This document shows, one piece after another, positions 1-9,100 of a stretch of DNA of 63,682 bases. Origin of the DNA: Planctomycetota bacterium (GTDB lineage: Bacteria > Planctomycetota > B15-G4); the NCBI GenBank assembly GCA_038212275.1, contig JBBQUR010000025.1, forward strand, positions 1-63,682, written 5' to 3'. Below the pieces are notes generated by a model. It had not been told where the DNA came from and searched no databases. It worked only from the letters and a program-made list of their open reading frames with translations. The translations under genes and the position numbers were made by a program. Numbering within the stretch: the first letter of the stretch is position 1; each line of letters starts with the position of its first letter.

Positions 1-141
1 CGCGGTCCGTCAGCCGGACTTGCTCGTGCTCTGGAGCCTCGGAGCGCGACCAGCGGCTGGATAGGAAGAGCCGGATGACGCGAGAGTGTCACGTCCGGTT
101 CCGTGAGAGCCTGAGGGTGAAACTCCCTTGGGCTACTCGAC
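1..141 (+). mobile_element. 3' end of a group II intron (domains V-VI; bacterial class D-like)
   Basis: 68-141 reads GAGCCGGATGACGCGAGAGTGTCACGTCCGGTTC (catalytic domain V hairpin), then CGTGAGAGCCTGAGGGTGAAACTCCCTTGGGCTACTCGAC (domain VI, ending AC). It follows the stop codon of an IEP-like tail. Confidence 0.9.
2..64 (+). CDS. C-terminus of group II intron reverse transcriptase/maturase (5'-truncated by window)
   Basis: Frame from position 2 gives AVRQPDLLVLWSLGARPAAG*. This resembles the P-x-L-F/L-x-H/L-W tail of En-less class D IEPs, and the stop lies just before domain V. Confidence 0.7.
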   Translation, partial: AVRQPDLLVLWSLGARPAAG

Positions 142-322
142 GTCAGCGCGGCCTCCACAGCATGACAATTCGCCTTCGGACGCGACGCCGATGGGGGTCG
201 TCAAGCGGGCGACGGGACTGCGATATCGCCAGAATCAACGAGACATTTCACCGCGAACAGACCATCTCCATGAATCCGGCTGACGATACACAGAGTTGTC
301 GACTCAAGCCGCGCGGCGGTAC
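142..322. repeat. Copy A of ~190-bp rve-transposon 3'-end unit (interrupted at its left by the group II intron)
   Basis: Ungapped alignment to 12480-12660, about 144/181 identical by manual count. On the minus strand the right part reads ...YRRAA*, like the transposase C-terminus. Confidence 0.9.
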
Positions 323-426
323 GTGTGACGAAGTCTCTCTCAGCGCGTGGGTTACTTTGCGGGGGTTACGTCACTCCGGACCGATGTCGCTGATAACCCA
401 ATCCAGAAATTCTCTGTTCGCAGCAG

Positions 427-1212
427 TCAGTCGCCGCGCTTGCGTGCCACGACGGCCACAGTGAGTGCGGTGAGTCGCCCCGCCCGCGTCGCCATGACAG
501 CCCGCGTGAGCCGATCCGCCGCCGTCTCCATCGCCCTCGGCAGCGGAGGCCGCTGAGGCAGCCTCACGCCGAGTCTCCCCATGCCCGCGCGCACACACCG
601 ATACGCCAGACTCGGGTGCATCCAGTCACCAAAGACATCGAGCACGTCGAAGCCCGCACTCGTCACCAGCGCCTGCAACTGCCCCGGTGTGTACTGGGTC
701 TCCCAGCCGGCAAACCAGCGGTCCGCCGCGATGAGTGTCTTCTTGATCAGGGTCCACGCATGAAACGTCTGGGGCACGTCCACCAACAGCATGCCGCCGG
801 GCCGCAGCAGGCGCCGGTTCTCGAGCAGCAACGGCATCGGATCGCGAAAGTGCTCGAGCAGCCCCTGGTGGTAGACGAGGTCGAAGCGGCCGTCGGCAAA
901 CGGCGTGTGCAGGCCATCGCCTTGGAGCAGGCACAGGCTGCCGGCCAGGGGAGCCGCTCGCGGCACCGCGAGGCCGCGCTCAATGAGCGCGAGCGCCTCG
1001 GCCGAGCTGTCCAAGGCGACGACGTGCGCCCCGCGCGCCGCCAGCGCGAGCGCATCGCGCCCGGTGCCCGGCCCGATCTCGAGCACGCGGCAGCCGGGCG
1101 TGAGGTGCGTCGCCAGACGTTCGACCAGCCGAGGGCTGGCTGCACCGAAGTCATCGGGCCGCGCGCGTGCGCGCCAGAACCGATCCCACGTGGCGACGTC
1201 GCTGACCCTCAT
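427..1212 (-). CDS. Class I SAM-dependent methyltransferase (Methyltransf_11-like)
   Basis: Motifs VLEIGPGTG, VVALDSS, QGDGLHTPFADGRFDLV and LLRPGG. Probable start MRVSD at 1212. Confidence 0.9.
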   Translation of the reverse strand: MRVSDVATWDRFWRARARPDDFGAASPRLVERLATHLTPGCRVLEIGPGTGRDALALAARGAHVVALDSSAEALALIERGLAVPRAAPLAGSLCLLQGDGLHTPFADGRFDLVYHQGLLEHFRDPMPLLLENRRLLRPGGMLLVDVPQTFHAWTLIKKTLIAADRWFAGWETQYTPGQLQALVTSAGFDVLDVFGDWMHPSLAYRCVRAGMGRLGVRLPQRPPLPRAMETAADRLTRAVMATRAGRLTALTVAVVARKRGD

Positions 1213-1325
1213 CGGGCGCCGAGCATAGCGGAGACTTGGCGACTCGTGAAAGCACAGCATCGGGCGCCTGTGGTAAATGTGTGCGCCTGACGGAACCAGT
1301 GCCGAGAGGCCGGGGCGGAGTGACG

Positions 1326-3953
1326 ATGGGGCAAGCAGGGTTGACGTTCTGGCAGCGGCGCTACCTCACGGCGTACTACAGGGACTGCGATGACGCGACG
1401 CTGGCGCTGGGGAGCGGTCTGTCCACGCTGCGCGTGACCGAGTACCTCGCGCGGGTGGGCGGCACGCGCTCGGCGGGCGACCTGAGGCGCATCGCGGCGG
1501 CGGGAGTGAAACCTGCCCCGGAGATGTTCACGCCGGAGACGGCACGCCGGGCAATGACCCGGCTGCAGACGCGGCCGCTCCGTGGGATCGATGGGCTTCT
1601 CATCGCAGCGATGTTTCTTGGGAGCGCGGTCCTCTACGCGCTGACCTGCGCGCGCACGGTGACCGGCGAGGATGCCGGCGAGTTGCTCGCTGCCGCGCAC
1701 GGCTTCGGTGTGCCGCACCCGCCGGGCTACCCGCTGTGGCTGCTGCTGTCCTGGGCCGCCGATCACGCCGTCCCGTGGGTGTCGGTGGCGTGGCGCGTCT
1801 CGATGGTTTCGGCACTCGCGTCGGCCGCCGCCAACGGGCTGTTCCTGGCCGTCCTGCTCAAGACGCTGCGCTCACGCCTTGCGGCCGTCACGGCCGCTGG
1901 CCTCTTCGCGGTCTCGCTGACGCACTGGACGCAGGCCGTGATCCCCGAGGTCTACGGCCTCAACACCTGTTTCATTGCGCTGCAGACGCTGCTGCTCGTG
2001 CGCCTCGCCGAGCGACACACCGCCGGCCGACTCCTCGCGCTGGCTGCCGTCAGTGGGCTTTCGCTCGCCAACCACACCTCGGCCGCGCCCCTCGGGGCGG
2101 TGTTCGCGCTGGGCGCGGCGCTCGTGGCCCCGGAGCTGCTGCGCTCGCCGCGCGTCGTGATCGGCGCGCTCGCCGCAGCCATCCTCCCGCTGGCACTGTT
2201 TCTGGTGCTGCCGCTGGCTGCGGCCCGCCACCCGTATGCCAACTGGGGCAATCCGGAGACCGCCGAGGCGCTCTGGAAGCACATCACGCGCGAGCAGTAC
2301 GCCGGCGTGCAAGCCGAGCAGCAGGCCGCTGGCGGCTACGACGACTACCTGGCCCGCCTCGCGATCATGACCCATTGGGCGACGCGGCAGTTTGGGTCGG
2401 GCTGGGTGTTGCTGCTCGCGGCGCTCGGCGTCCTCGGGCTGTTTCTGCGGCAGACCGGATTGTGGCTGGCCATGCTCGCGGTGGGCTGGATCTGCTCGGT
2501 GGGCGTCACGCAGTTCACGGCGTTTCCGTTCGAGCGCGAGCACCTCTACGCGGTGCAGATCTTCTGGATCCCGGCCTGGCTCGTGCTGGCGTGGTGGATC
2601 GGCGGGGGACTCGATCTGCTGCTGGACGGCATGCAACGCCTGCATGCCGGAGCGCGCAGGACGGCGCACGCCGTCGCGGCCGCCGCGTGCGTGGCGCTCG
2701 TGGCGTGGCCGGCCAGCGCGCACTACGCGACGGCGGATCGCAGCCGCACGACGCTCATCGCGGATTACGGTCGCGCGATCCTCGACGCCATGGACCCGGG
2801 CGCGCTGTACTTTCCCAGCAGCGATCACAGCACATTCTCAGTGCTCTACCAGCAGGGCGTGCTGGGCTATCGCACCGACGTCACCATCGCGGACAAGTAC
2901 GGCCAGCTCGACGAGTCGCTCGCCCTGCCACTGCTGGAGAGCGGCGAGCGGCAGCTCCTGAACGCGCTCCCGAGTGGCGGCCGGCGTGCGCTGCTGGAGT
3001 CGGTCCTGATCCGCAAATGGCCGGGCCCGGTCTACTGCGCCAACCGGCGCGAGCTGGGCGACATCCCGCAGCGCACGCTGCAGCCTGTCGGGCCGATTTA
3101 CAAAGTGATGACGGCGGACGAGGCCAAGGCCTGGTGGACCCCAGGGGCTCAGCGCGCCGCGCCGGGGCTGCAATCCTGGGATCGCTGCGCAGCACTCCTC
3201 GAGGTGGATGACCGCCAGCGCCTCGACTTCACGGTGCAGATGGTGCTGGCGGAGTTGCTCGGGATGCGCGGCTTCGCGTTGCTCGATGCCGGGCAGCTCG
3301 ACGAGGCGAAGCAGGTCTGGAGCCGGATCGAGGCCGACCTGGCGCCGCTCAAGCAGACCTTCAACAACATCGGCGCGGCCCTCGCCGAGCACGGCCAGCC
3401 CGAGCTCGCAGTGGCGTATTTCGCTGCGGCGCTTGCCGAAGATCCCCGCTACTTGCTGGCGCTGCGCAACGAGGCGCTCGTGCGCCGCGATCAAGGGCAA
3501 CGGCCGCTGGCAATCACGCTGCTGCGGCAGGCGCTGGAGGTCACGCCCGGCGAGCGCGTGCTGCGCTTGCAGCTGGCCCACCTGCTGGAGGACGACGACA
3601 AACTCCTCGACGCGCTGGCCGAGTACGAGACGTTGGCCGCCAGCGACGGTTCCGACCCCGTGCCGTGGCGCGATGCCGGACGCCTGCTCGAGCGCGGCGG
3701 TGACCTGCGCAAAGCCGAGCAGGCCTACGCGGAGAGCCTGCGCCTCGATCCCGGGCAGCAGGACGTGGCCGAACGGCTGCAGCGCCTGCGCCTGGGGCTC
3801 ACCGATCCCGGCGATGAAGCTGTCGCGCAAGCCGACAACGACCACGATCCGGAAAGCGCCGCGCTGCCGCGTTTGCCGCGCCTGCCGGGCGACCCGGTCG
3901 TTGGCCAGCGCTTTGACAGCATGGGCCACGTGGCCGGCCCCGGCCGCCCGTAG
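1326..3953 (+). CDS. DUF2723/TMEM260-like (GT117, GT-C fold) membrane glycosyltransferase with C-terminal TPRs
   Basis: Signature GEDAGELLAAAHGFGVPHPPGYPLW, WTQAVIPEVYGLN, GLSLANH and NWGNP. Multiple TM helices, followed by TPR-like repeats (FNNIGAALAEHGQPELAVAYFAAALAEDP). Confidence 0.88.
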   Translation: MGQAGLTFWQRRYLTAYYRDCDDATLALGSGLSTLRVTEYLARVGGTRSAGDLRRIAAAGVKPAPEMFTPETARRAMTRLQTRPLRGIDGLLIAAMFLGSAVLYALTCARTVTGEDAGELLAAAHGFGVPHPPGYPLWLLLSWAADHAVPWVSVAWRVSMVSALASAAANGLFLAVLLKTLRSRLAAVTAAGLFAVSLTHWTQAVIPEVYGLNTCFIALQTLLLVRLAERHTAGRLLALAAVSGLSLANHTSAAPLGAVFALGAALVAPELLRSPRVVIGALAAAILPLALFLVLPLAAARHPYANWGNPETAEALWKHITREQYAGVQAEQQAAGGYDDYLARLAIMTHWATRQFGSGWVLLLAALGVLGLFLRQTGLWLAMLAVGWICSVGVTQFTAFPFEREHLYAVQIFWIPAWLVLAWWIGGGLDLLLDGMQRLHAGARRTAHAVAAAACVALVAWPASAHYATADRSRTTLIADYGRAILDAMDPGALYFPSSDHSTFSVLYQQGVLGYRTDVTIADKYGQLDESLALPLLESGERQLLNALPSGGRRALLESVLIRKWPGPVYCANRRELGDIPQRTLQPVGPIYKVMTADEAKAWWTPGAQRAAPGLQSWDRCAALLEVDDRQRLDFTVQMVLAELLGMRGFALLDAGQLDEAKQVWSRIEADLAPLKQTFNNIGAALAEHGQPELAVAYFAAALAEDPRYLLALRNEALVRRDQGQRPLAITLLRQALEVTPGERVLRLQLAHLLEDDDKLLDALAEYETLAASDGSDPVPWRDAGRLLERGGDLRKAEQAYAESLRLDPGQQDVAERLQRLRLGLTDPGDEAVAQADNDHDPESAALPRLPRLPGDPVVGQRFDSMGHVAGPGRP

Positions 3954-3976
3954 GGCCCCTCCGGGGCCTCTCGTTT

Positions 3977-4402
3977 CTAGCCCTCCGCTTGGAGTTCGGG
4001 CGGGTCGCTCCGCGGCAGCACCAGCAGGCGAGCCGCGGGCCGGCTGCGGCGCTTGCGCTGCGAGCGCTTGGCCGCTGGTCTGTGATGCCAGTGCCAGACG
4101 TCGTGGTCGACTTGGGCGCGGAGCCAGTCGTGGGGCGCCAGGTCGAGGAGTCGCCCGAGGCGGCACGCCATGTCCACCGTCAGCGCGCGCCGTCCACAGA
4201 TGATCTGATTGATGCTGCGCAACGAGCATTTCAGGGCGCGGGCGGTGGCCGATTCGGACAGGCCGCGCCGGGCGAGCAGGCTGCCAATCGCGGCCCCGGG
4301 GTGGCCGGGTGAGGGCTCGCGCGGTGCTGCCCGGCGTGTGCGGGCCTTGCGCTTGAAGGAACTGTGGCCGCTGGCGGCCGTTTTCGATGGGCGAGGTGCC
4401 AT
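3977..4402 (-). CDS. higA: HigA-family XRE HTH antitoxin/regulator (orphan)
   Basis: HPG...LARRGLSESATARALKCSLRSINQIICGRRALTVDMACRLGRLL...WLRAQ matches the HigA pattern. Start at ATG 4402. Confidence 0.8.
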   Translation of the reverse strand: MAPRPSKTAASGHSSFKRKARTRRAAPREPSPGHPGAAIGSLLARRGLSESATARALKCSLRSINQIICGRRALTVDMACRLGRLLDLAPHDWLRAQVDHDVWHWHHRPAAKRSQRKRRSRPAARLLVLPRSDPPELQAEG

Positions 4403-4749
4403 GCGCGCTCCCCTGTGCTGGCGGTGGGTGAAGACCTTCCCGTAGACACAGCGAGCGAAACGGCTGGTGTGGGACAACAAAAATCGGGGCCGCCTGCGGA
4501 GGAGAAATCGGCGTCCGAGCATGTGTTGGGGGTGGGCATGCACAGAACCGCTTGGCACTCACAAGCGTCGAAGTATGGACGCGCGGCGTCCAAGTGAGTC
4601 GTTTCACACGGGAAATAACACAAGGTTTGGTGACAAGGAATTCTTGGCGTCGGACCCCCTTTCCGAAAGAAACGCGCGTAATCACCGAGAAAAATGTGTC
4701 GCTGAAACCATGACTTGGACGCCGCGCGTTCATAGACAAGCCGGTTGGT

Positions 4750-6138
4750 GTGCGCATAGAGTCCGACATCGCCTTGCGGGAGAGCGTGCGCGTGGTCGGA
4801 CGGGACGGCGTCAAACTCGGGAAAGAGCTGCATCGAGCGGCGCGTGAAGCAGTCGGCGTGCACGCCGACTGTGCACCGCGCGCGCTTCGGATCCTGCTGC
4901 TCAACGAGCGCTGCCATGCCCATCCGCTGTCGGGCGGCGCGGAGAGCCATCTGTTCGAGATCTTCTCGCGGCTCGCCGCGCGCGGCGTGTCGGTCGAGCT
5001 GCTGTGCTCGGGCTTCGCCGGGAGCGCGCCGCGTGACCTGCATCGCGGCGTGACGATCACGCGGCTCGGGACGCGGCTGTCGTTCTACGCCAAGGTTGCG
5101 GGCGAGGTCCGCCGTCGCGTGGCGGCCGGCGAGCTGGACCTGATCGTCGAGGCGCACAACAAGGTGCCGTTCCTGACGCCGCTCTACGCGGGCCGCGTCC
5201 CGGTGCTGGTGATCCACCATCACCTGCACGGGCTGACGGCGTTTCGGCAGGTCTCGCCATGGATCGCGGCCGCGTCGGTGGCGCTCGAGCGCACGATCCC
5301 GTGGGTCTACCGGCGCGTGCCGTTCCTCACGATCAGCAAGAGCAGCAAGTCGGACCTCATCCGGCGAGGCGTGCCCGAGGAGTCGATCGACGTGGTGCCG
5401 TGCGGGCTTGACCACGACGTGCACCGCGCGGCGCCGACGGCGGGACGGGCGCGGCTCGTGGTGTCGCTCGGGCGCCTTGAACCCTACAAGCGCATCGATC
5501 TGCTGCTGCGCTGCTGGCCTGCGGTCCTGGCACAAGTGCCCGACGCGCAGCTCGCCATCGTGGGCCGCGGACAAGAAGAGCGCCGGCTCCGGGAGCTGGC
5601 CGAGAAGCTGGGCATCGCCGACAGCGTCACGTTGACCGGGTTTGTGTCGGAGCCCGAGAAGGTCGCGTGGCTCCAGCGTGCCGCGCTCATGGTGCAGTGC
5701 TCGACCCGTGAGGGTTGGTGCCTGGGCGTCACGGAGGGGAATGCGACCGGCACGCCGGTCGTCGCGACCGATGTGCCGGGCCTCACCGACAGCGTGCAAG
5801 ACGGCGTGACGGGTATCTTGGTCCGCAAACCGGCTCCCGGGCCGCTGGCCGCCGCCATCGCCAAGCTGCTGCTCGACGAAGAGACGCGCGTGCGCCTGGC
5901 CCAGCGAGCGCTGTCCTGGTCGACCCATTTCGACTGGGAGGAGTCGGCCAGCGCCGTGCTCCGCGCGGCCCGCCGCGCGACCTCCCCGGCAGCCGAACCG
6001 GCCGCAGAACCGGCCGCAGAAGTGGCCTCGGCGCGCAGGCGCGCCGCTCCCCAACATTCTTCTGTCCGCCCCGCGCCGGCCCCGGCGCATGCACATCTCG
6101 TCCGTCCGGCCGCGCCGGTGGACGCAGGAGTCGTGTGA
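4750..6138 (+). CDS. Glycosyltransferase family 4 (GT-B)
   Basis: Motifs GGAESHL, LGRLEPYKRIDLL and EGWCLGVTEGNATGTPVVATDVPGL. The true start may be downstream (about 4858). The stop overlaps the Rhs start (TGATG). Confidence 0.9.
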   Translation: MRIESDIALRESVRVVGRDGVKLGKELHRAAREAVGVHADCAPRALRILLLNERCHAHPLSGGAESHLFEIFSRLAARGVSVELLCSGFAGSAPRDLHRGVTITRLGTRLSFYAKVAGEVRRRVAAGELDLIVEAHNKVPFLTPLYAGRVPVLVIHHHLHGLTAFRQVSPWIAAASVALERTIPWVYRRVPFLTISKSSKSDLIRRGVPEESIDVVPCGLDHDVHRAAPTAGRARLVVSLGRLEPYKRIDLLLRCWPAVLAQVPDAQLAIVGRGQEERRLRELAEKLGIADSVTLTGFVSEPEKVAWLQRAALMVQCSTREGWCLGVTEGNATGTPVVATDVPGLTDSVQDGVTGILVRKPAPGPLAAAIAKLLLDEETRVRLAQRALSWSTHFDWEESASAVLRAARRATSPAAEPAAEPAAEVASARRRAAPQHSSVRPAPAPAHAHLVRPAAPVDAGVV

Positions 6139-9100
6139 TGAACACTCTGCAACGCCGCCGTCGACTGGCCCCGGTGATCTGGCTGCTGATTTTCGGACTG
6201 GCCCTGCCGCCCGGTGCCATGACCTCCGTGTTCGCGGTGACCAACCGGCGCCTCAACACGCTCTCGCGCGACACCAAGCTCGAGACCTTCCGCAATCCGC
6301 AGTTCAGTGGGGCGCAGGGCAGCCGGTTCCTGGGGACCATGGGGCCGCAGGCCCTGGTCGGCTCGGGCGGCGACAACTTCAGTGACCCCGACAGCCGCGG
6401 CTACGGCAGCATCGCGGAGCCGGCGGCGCACTGGATCTCCTACAAGGGTCGCGTCGAGTGGACCGACAACGACCTGATGATGCCGGGCGTCGGCCTGCCG
6501 CTCATCTTCCAGCGCATCCATCGCGGCTCGGTGTCGAGCTATGACGGGCCCTTGGGTGCACAGTGGGAGTTCAACTGGAACAAGCGTTTCAAGTACGACA
6601 CTTCGGGCGGCGCCACACGGGCCTATTTCCACGAGCTCGGGCGGCGCGAGGAGTACCCCTACACCGGGAGCGCCTACACCTCGCCGATCGGGCGCTACGA
6701 CACGCTCGTGCGCACGGGCACGCCGGAGTACATCCGCACGGACCGCAGCGGTATCCAAGAGACCTACGCGCAGGAGCCGGCGGACGCGACCTGGTTTCGG
6801 CTCAAAGAGATCAAGGACCTCAACGCCAACACGCTGAGCTTCAGTTACGACAGCAACAGCCTGCTGACGAAGGTCACCGACACGCTGTCCCGCCACACCA
6901 CGCTGGCCTACGACGGCAACGACCGCATCACGAAAATCACGGACAGCGCCAGCCGCGAGTGGCTCTACGCCTACGACGGCAGCAACCGACTCAGCTCGGT
7001 GCGCACCCCGACGGTGGATGAGATCGGTACGGACGACGATTACACCTCGGGCAAGACCACGACCTACAAGTACGACAGCAGCGATCGCCTCACGGAGGTC
7101 GCGCGTCCGGGAGACGGCGGCACGGGCAAGTGGCTCTGGGCCTACGACGGCAGCGGGCGCATCACGAAGGAAACGCGCGCCGGCAACGACCTTTCGCTGA
7201 CCTACGACGACACCAACGCCAAGGTCACGGTGGTCGATCGCGAAGCCAACCAGACGGTCTATTGGTACGACTCGGGGCACGAGGGCAACCTGATCACCAA
7301 GCGGCAGGTGTACTGGGATGCCAGCAACTACTACGAGTCCACGTTCGCGTACGACGCGGCGGGGAACGTGACCAACGCGATCTTCCCGAAGGGGAACCGC
7401 GTGGGCTACACCTTCGACGGCAGCGGCAACGTGCTCACAGTGGAGTTCAAGAAGGACGGCAGCGACGGCGCGCCGCTCAAGTGGATCTACGCTTGGGCCA
7501 GCAACGCCCGGCTCTCGACGTTGAAGGATCCCAACGGCAACGTGTGGGACCACGACTACGACGGCGCCGGGAATCTGGTCACCAAGACGGCGCCGGCTGT
7601 GACGCTGCCCAACTCGACGCACGGCACGATCCGCGAGCTGTGGGCCTACAACGGCAGTGGGCAGGTGACGCGGTACACCGATCCGGTGGGGACGTTCACG
7701 GACACGACCTACAGCACGGTGAACAGCAAGTCGGCCTACGCGAACGCAGTGACGCGCGACTCGGCAGGGCTGGCGCTGATCACGCAGTACGCCTACGGCG
7801 GTGCGGGCAACGTGACTTCGGTCACGGATCCCAACGGCAACGCGACGACCTACACGGTCAACGCGCTGAACCAGGTCATCGCGACGGTCGAGCCGCTGTC
7901 GGTGACGCGCAAGACGCACTACGACAGCAATGACCGGGTGATCCAGACCGAAGTGAGCAACGACAGCACGGTGGGCAACGGCTGGTTTGTGACGGATCAC
8001 GACTACGACGCTCAGGACAACCTGACCCGGGTGCGGGCCGATCTCACCGGCAGCACGAGGATCACGACGGCCTATGCGTTCGACAAGAACGACCGGCTGA
8101 CGACGGTGACGAGCCCGGTGGGCAATGAGACGACTTACGCCTACGACGTGCGCAACCTGCAGACGTCCGTGACGCGCAAGGCGGCGAGCAGCCCCGACGA
8201 CGCCATCACGGCGACGACCTACGATGCCAACGGGCTGCGGATCACGACCACCAGTCCCCGCGGCTATCTCACGCTCTACGCCTACGACGGCTACGACCGG
8301 CTGACGAAGACCACGCAGCCCGAGGGCGAGTACACCACGTCCGTATTTGATGGCAACGGCAACGTGGTCACGAGCAGCCGTTACAACGTGGGCGCGACGC
8401 AGCTGGCGCAGACGGTGATGAGCTACGACCAGGCCAACCGGCTGTACCAGACGGATGTGCTCGCGAAGCAGGCCGACCTCTCCACGAACATCGGCGACGG
8501 CGTGCAGACCAAGACGATCCACCGCGATGAGGCCGGGCGCGTGCTCGAGCACAGCGGCGACATCTGCGGCTGCAGCAATTATGTGCACGTCTACGACGCG
8601 GTGGGGCGGCAGGTCACGAGCAAGGACCCGATGGGGGCCACGGACGGCACGCGCAATCTCGTGCTGTCGCTGTACGACAAGAACGGTAATGTGACCAAGT
8701 CCACGCGCAAGGAGCGCAGCCAGGACACGGGGGTGGAAGCCGACAAGGACATCGTCACCGAGATGGTGTTCGACGCCAGAAACCGCATGGTGACGCGCAA
8801 GGAGCGGCTCGACGTGTCCACCACGATGGACACGGTCTACAGCTACGGCCTGCGGGATCAGGTCACGAAGGTCGTGGACGGCAACGGCGACGAGCGCCGC
8901 ATCGAGCACAACGAGCAGCTCTGGAAGGCCAAGGACATCCTCGAGAACGGCGCGGCCGACGTGATCACGGAGTACAGCTACGACAGCGACGGCCGGCTGG
9001 TCACGTACCTCGCGAAGAACAGCACCACCGGCGACCAGGACACGGTCTACACCTACGACAAGCTGGATCGCGTGGTGACGACGACCTGGCCCGATGCAGG

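Noticed and set aside
75..464. 129-aa ORF
   Set aside because: Overlaps intron domains V-VI and the repeat unit; this is non-coding structure.
5715..6137. N-terminal extension of the Rhs ORF
   Set aside because: Overlaps the GT4 gene. ATG 6138 with an upstream AGGAG and a signal peptide is the better start.
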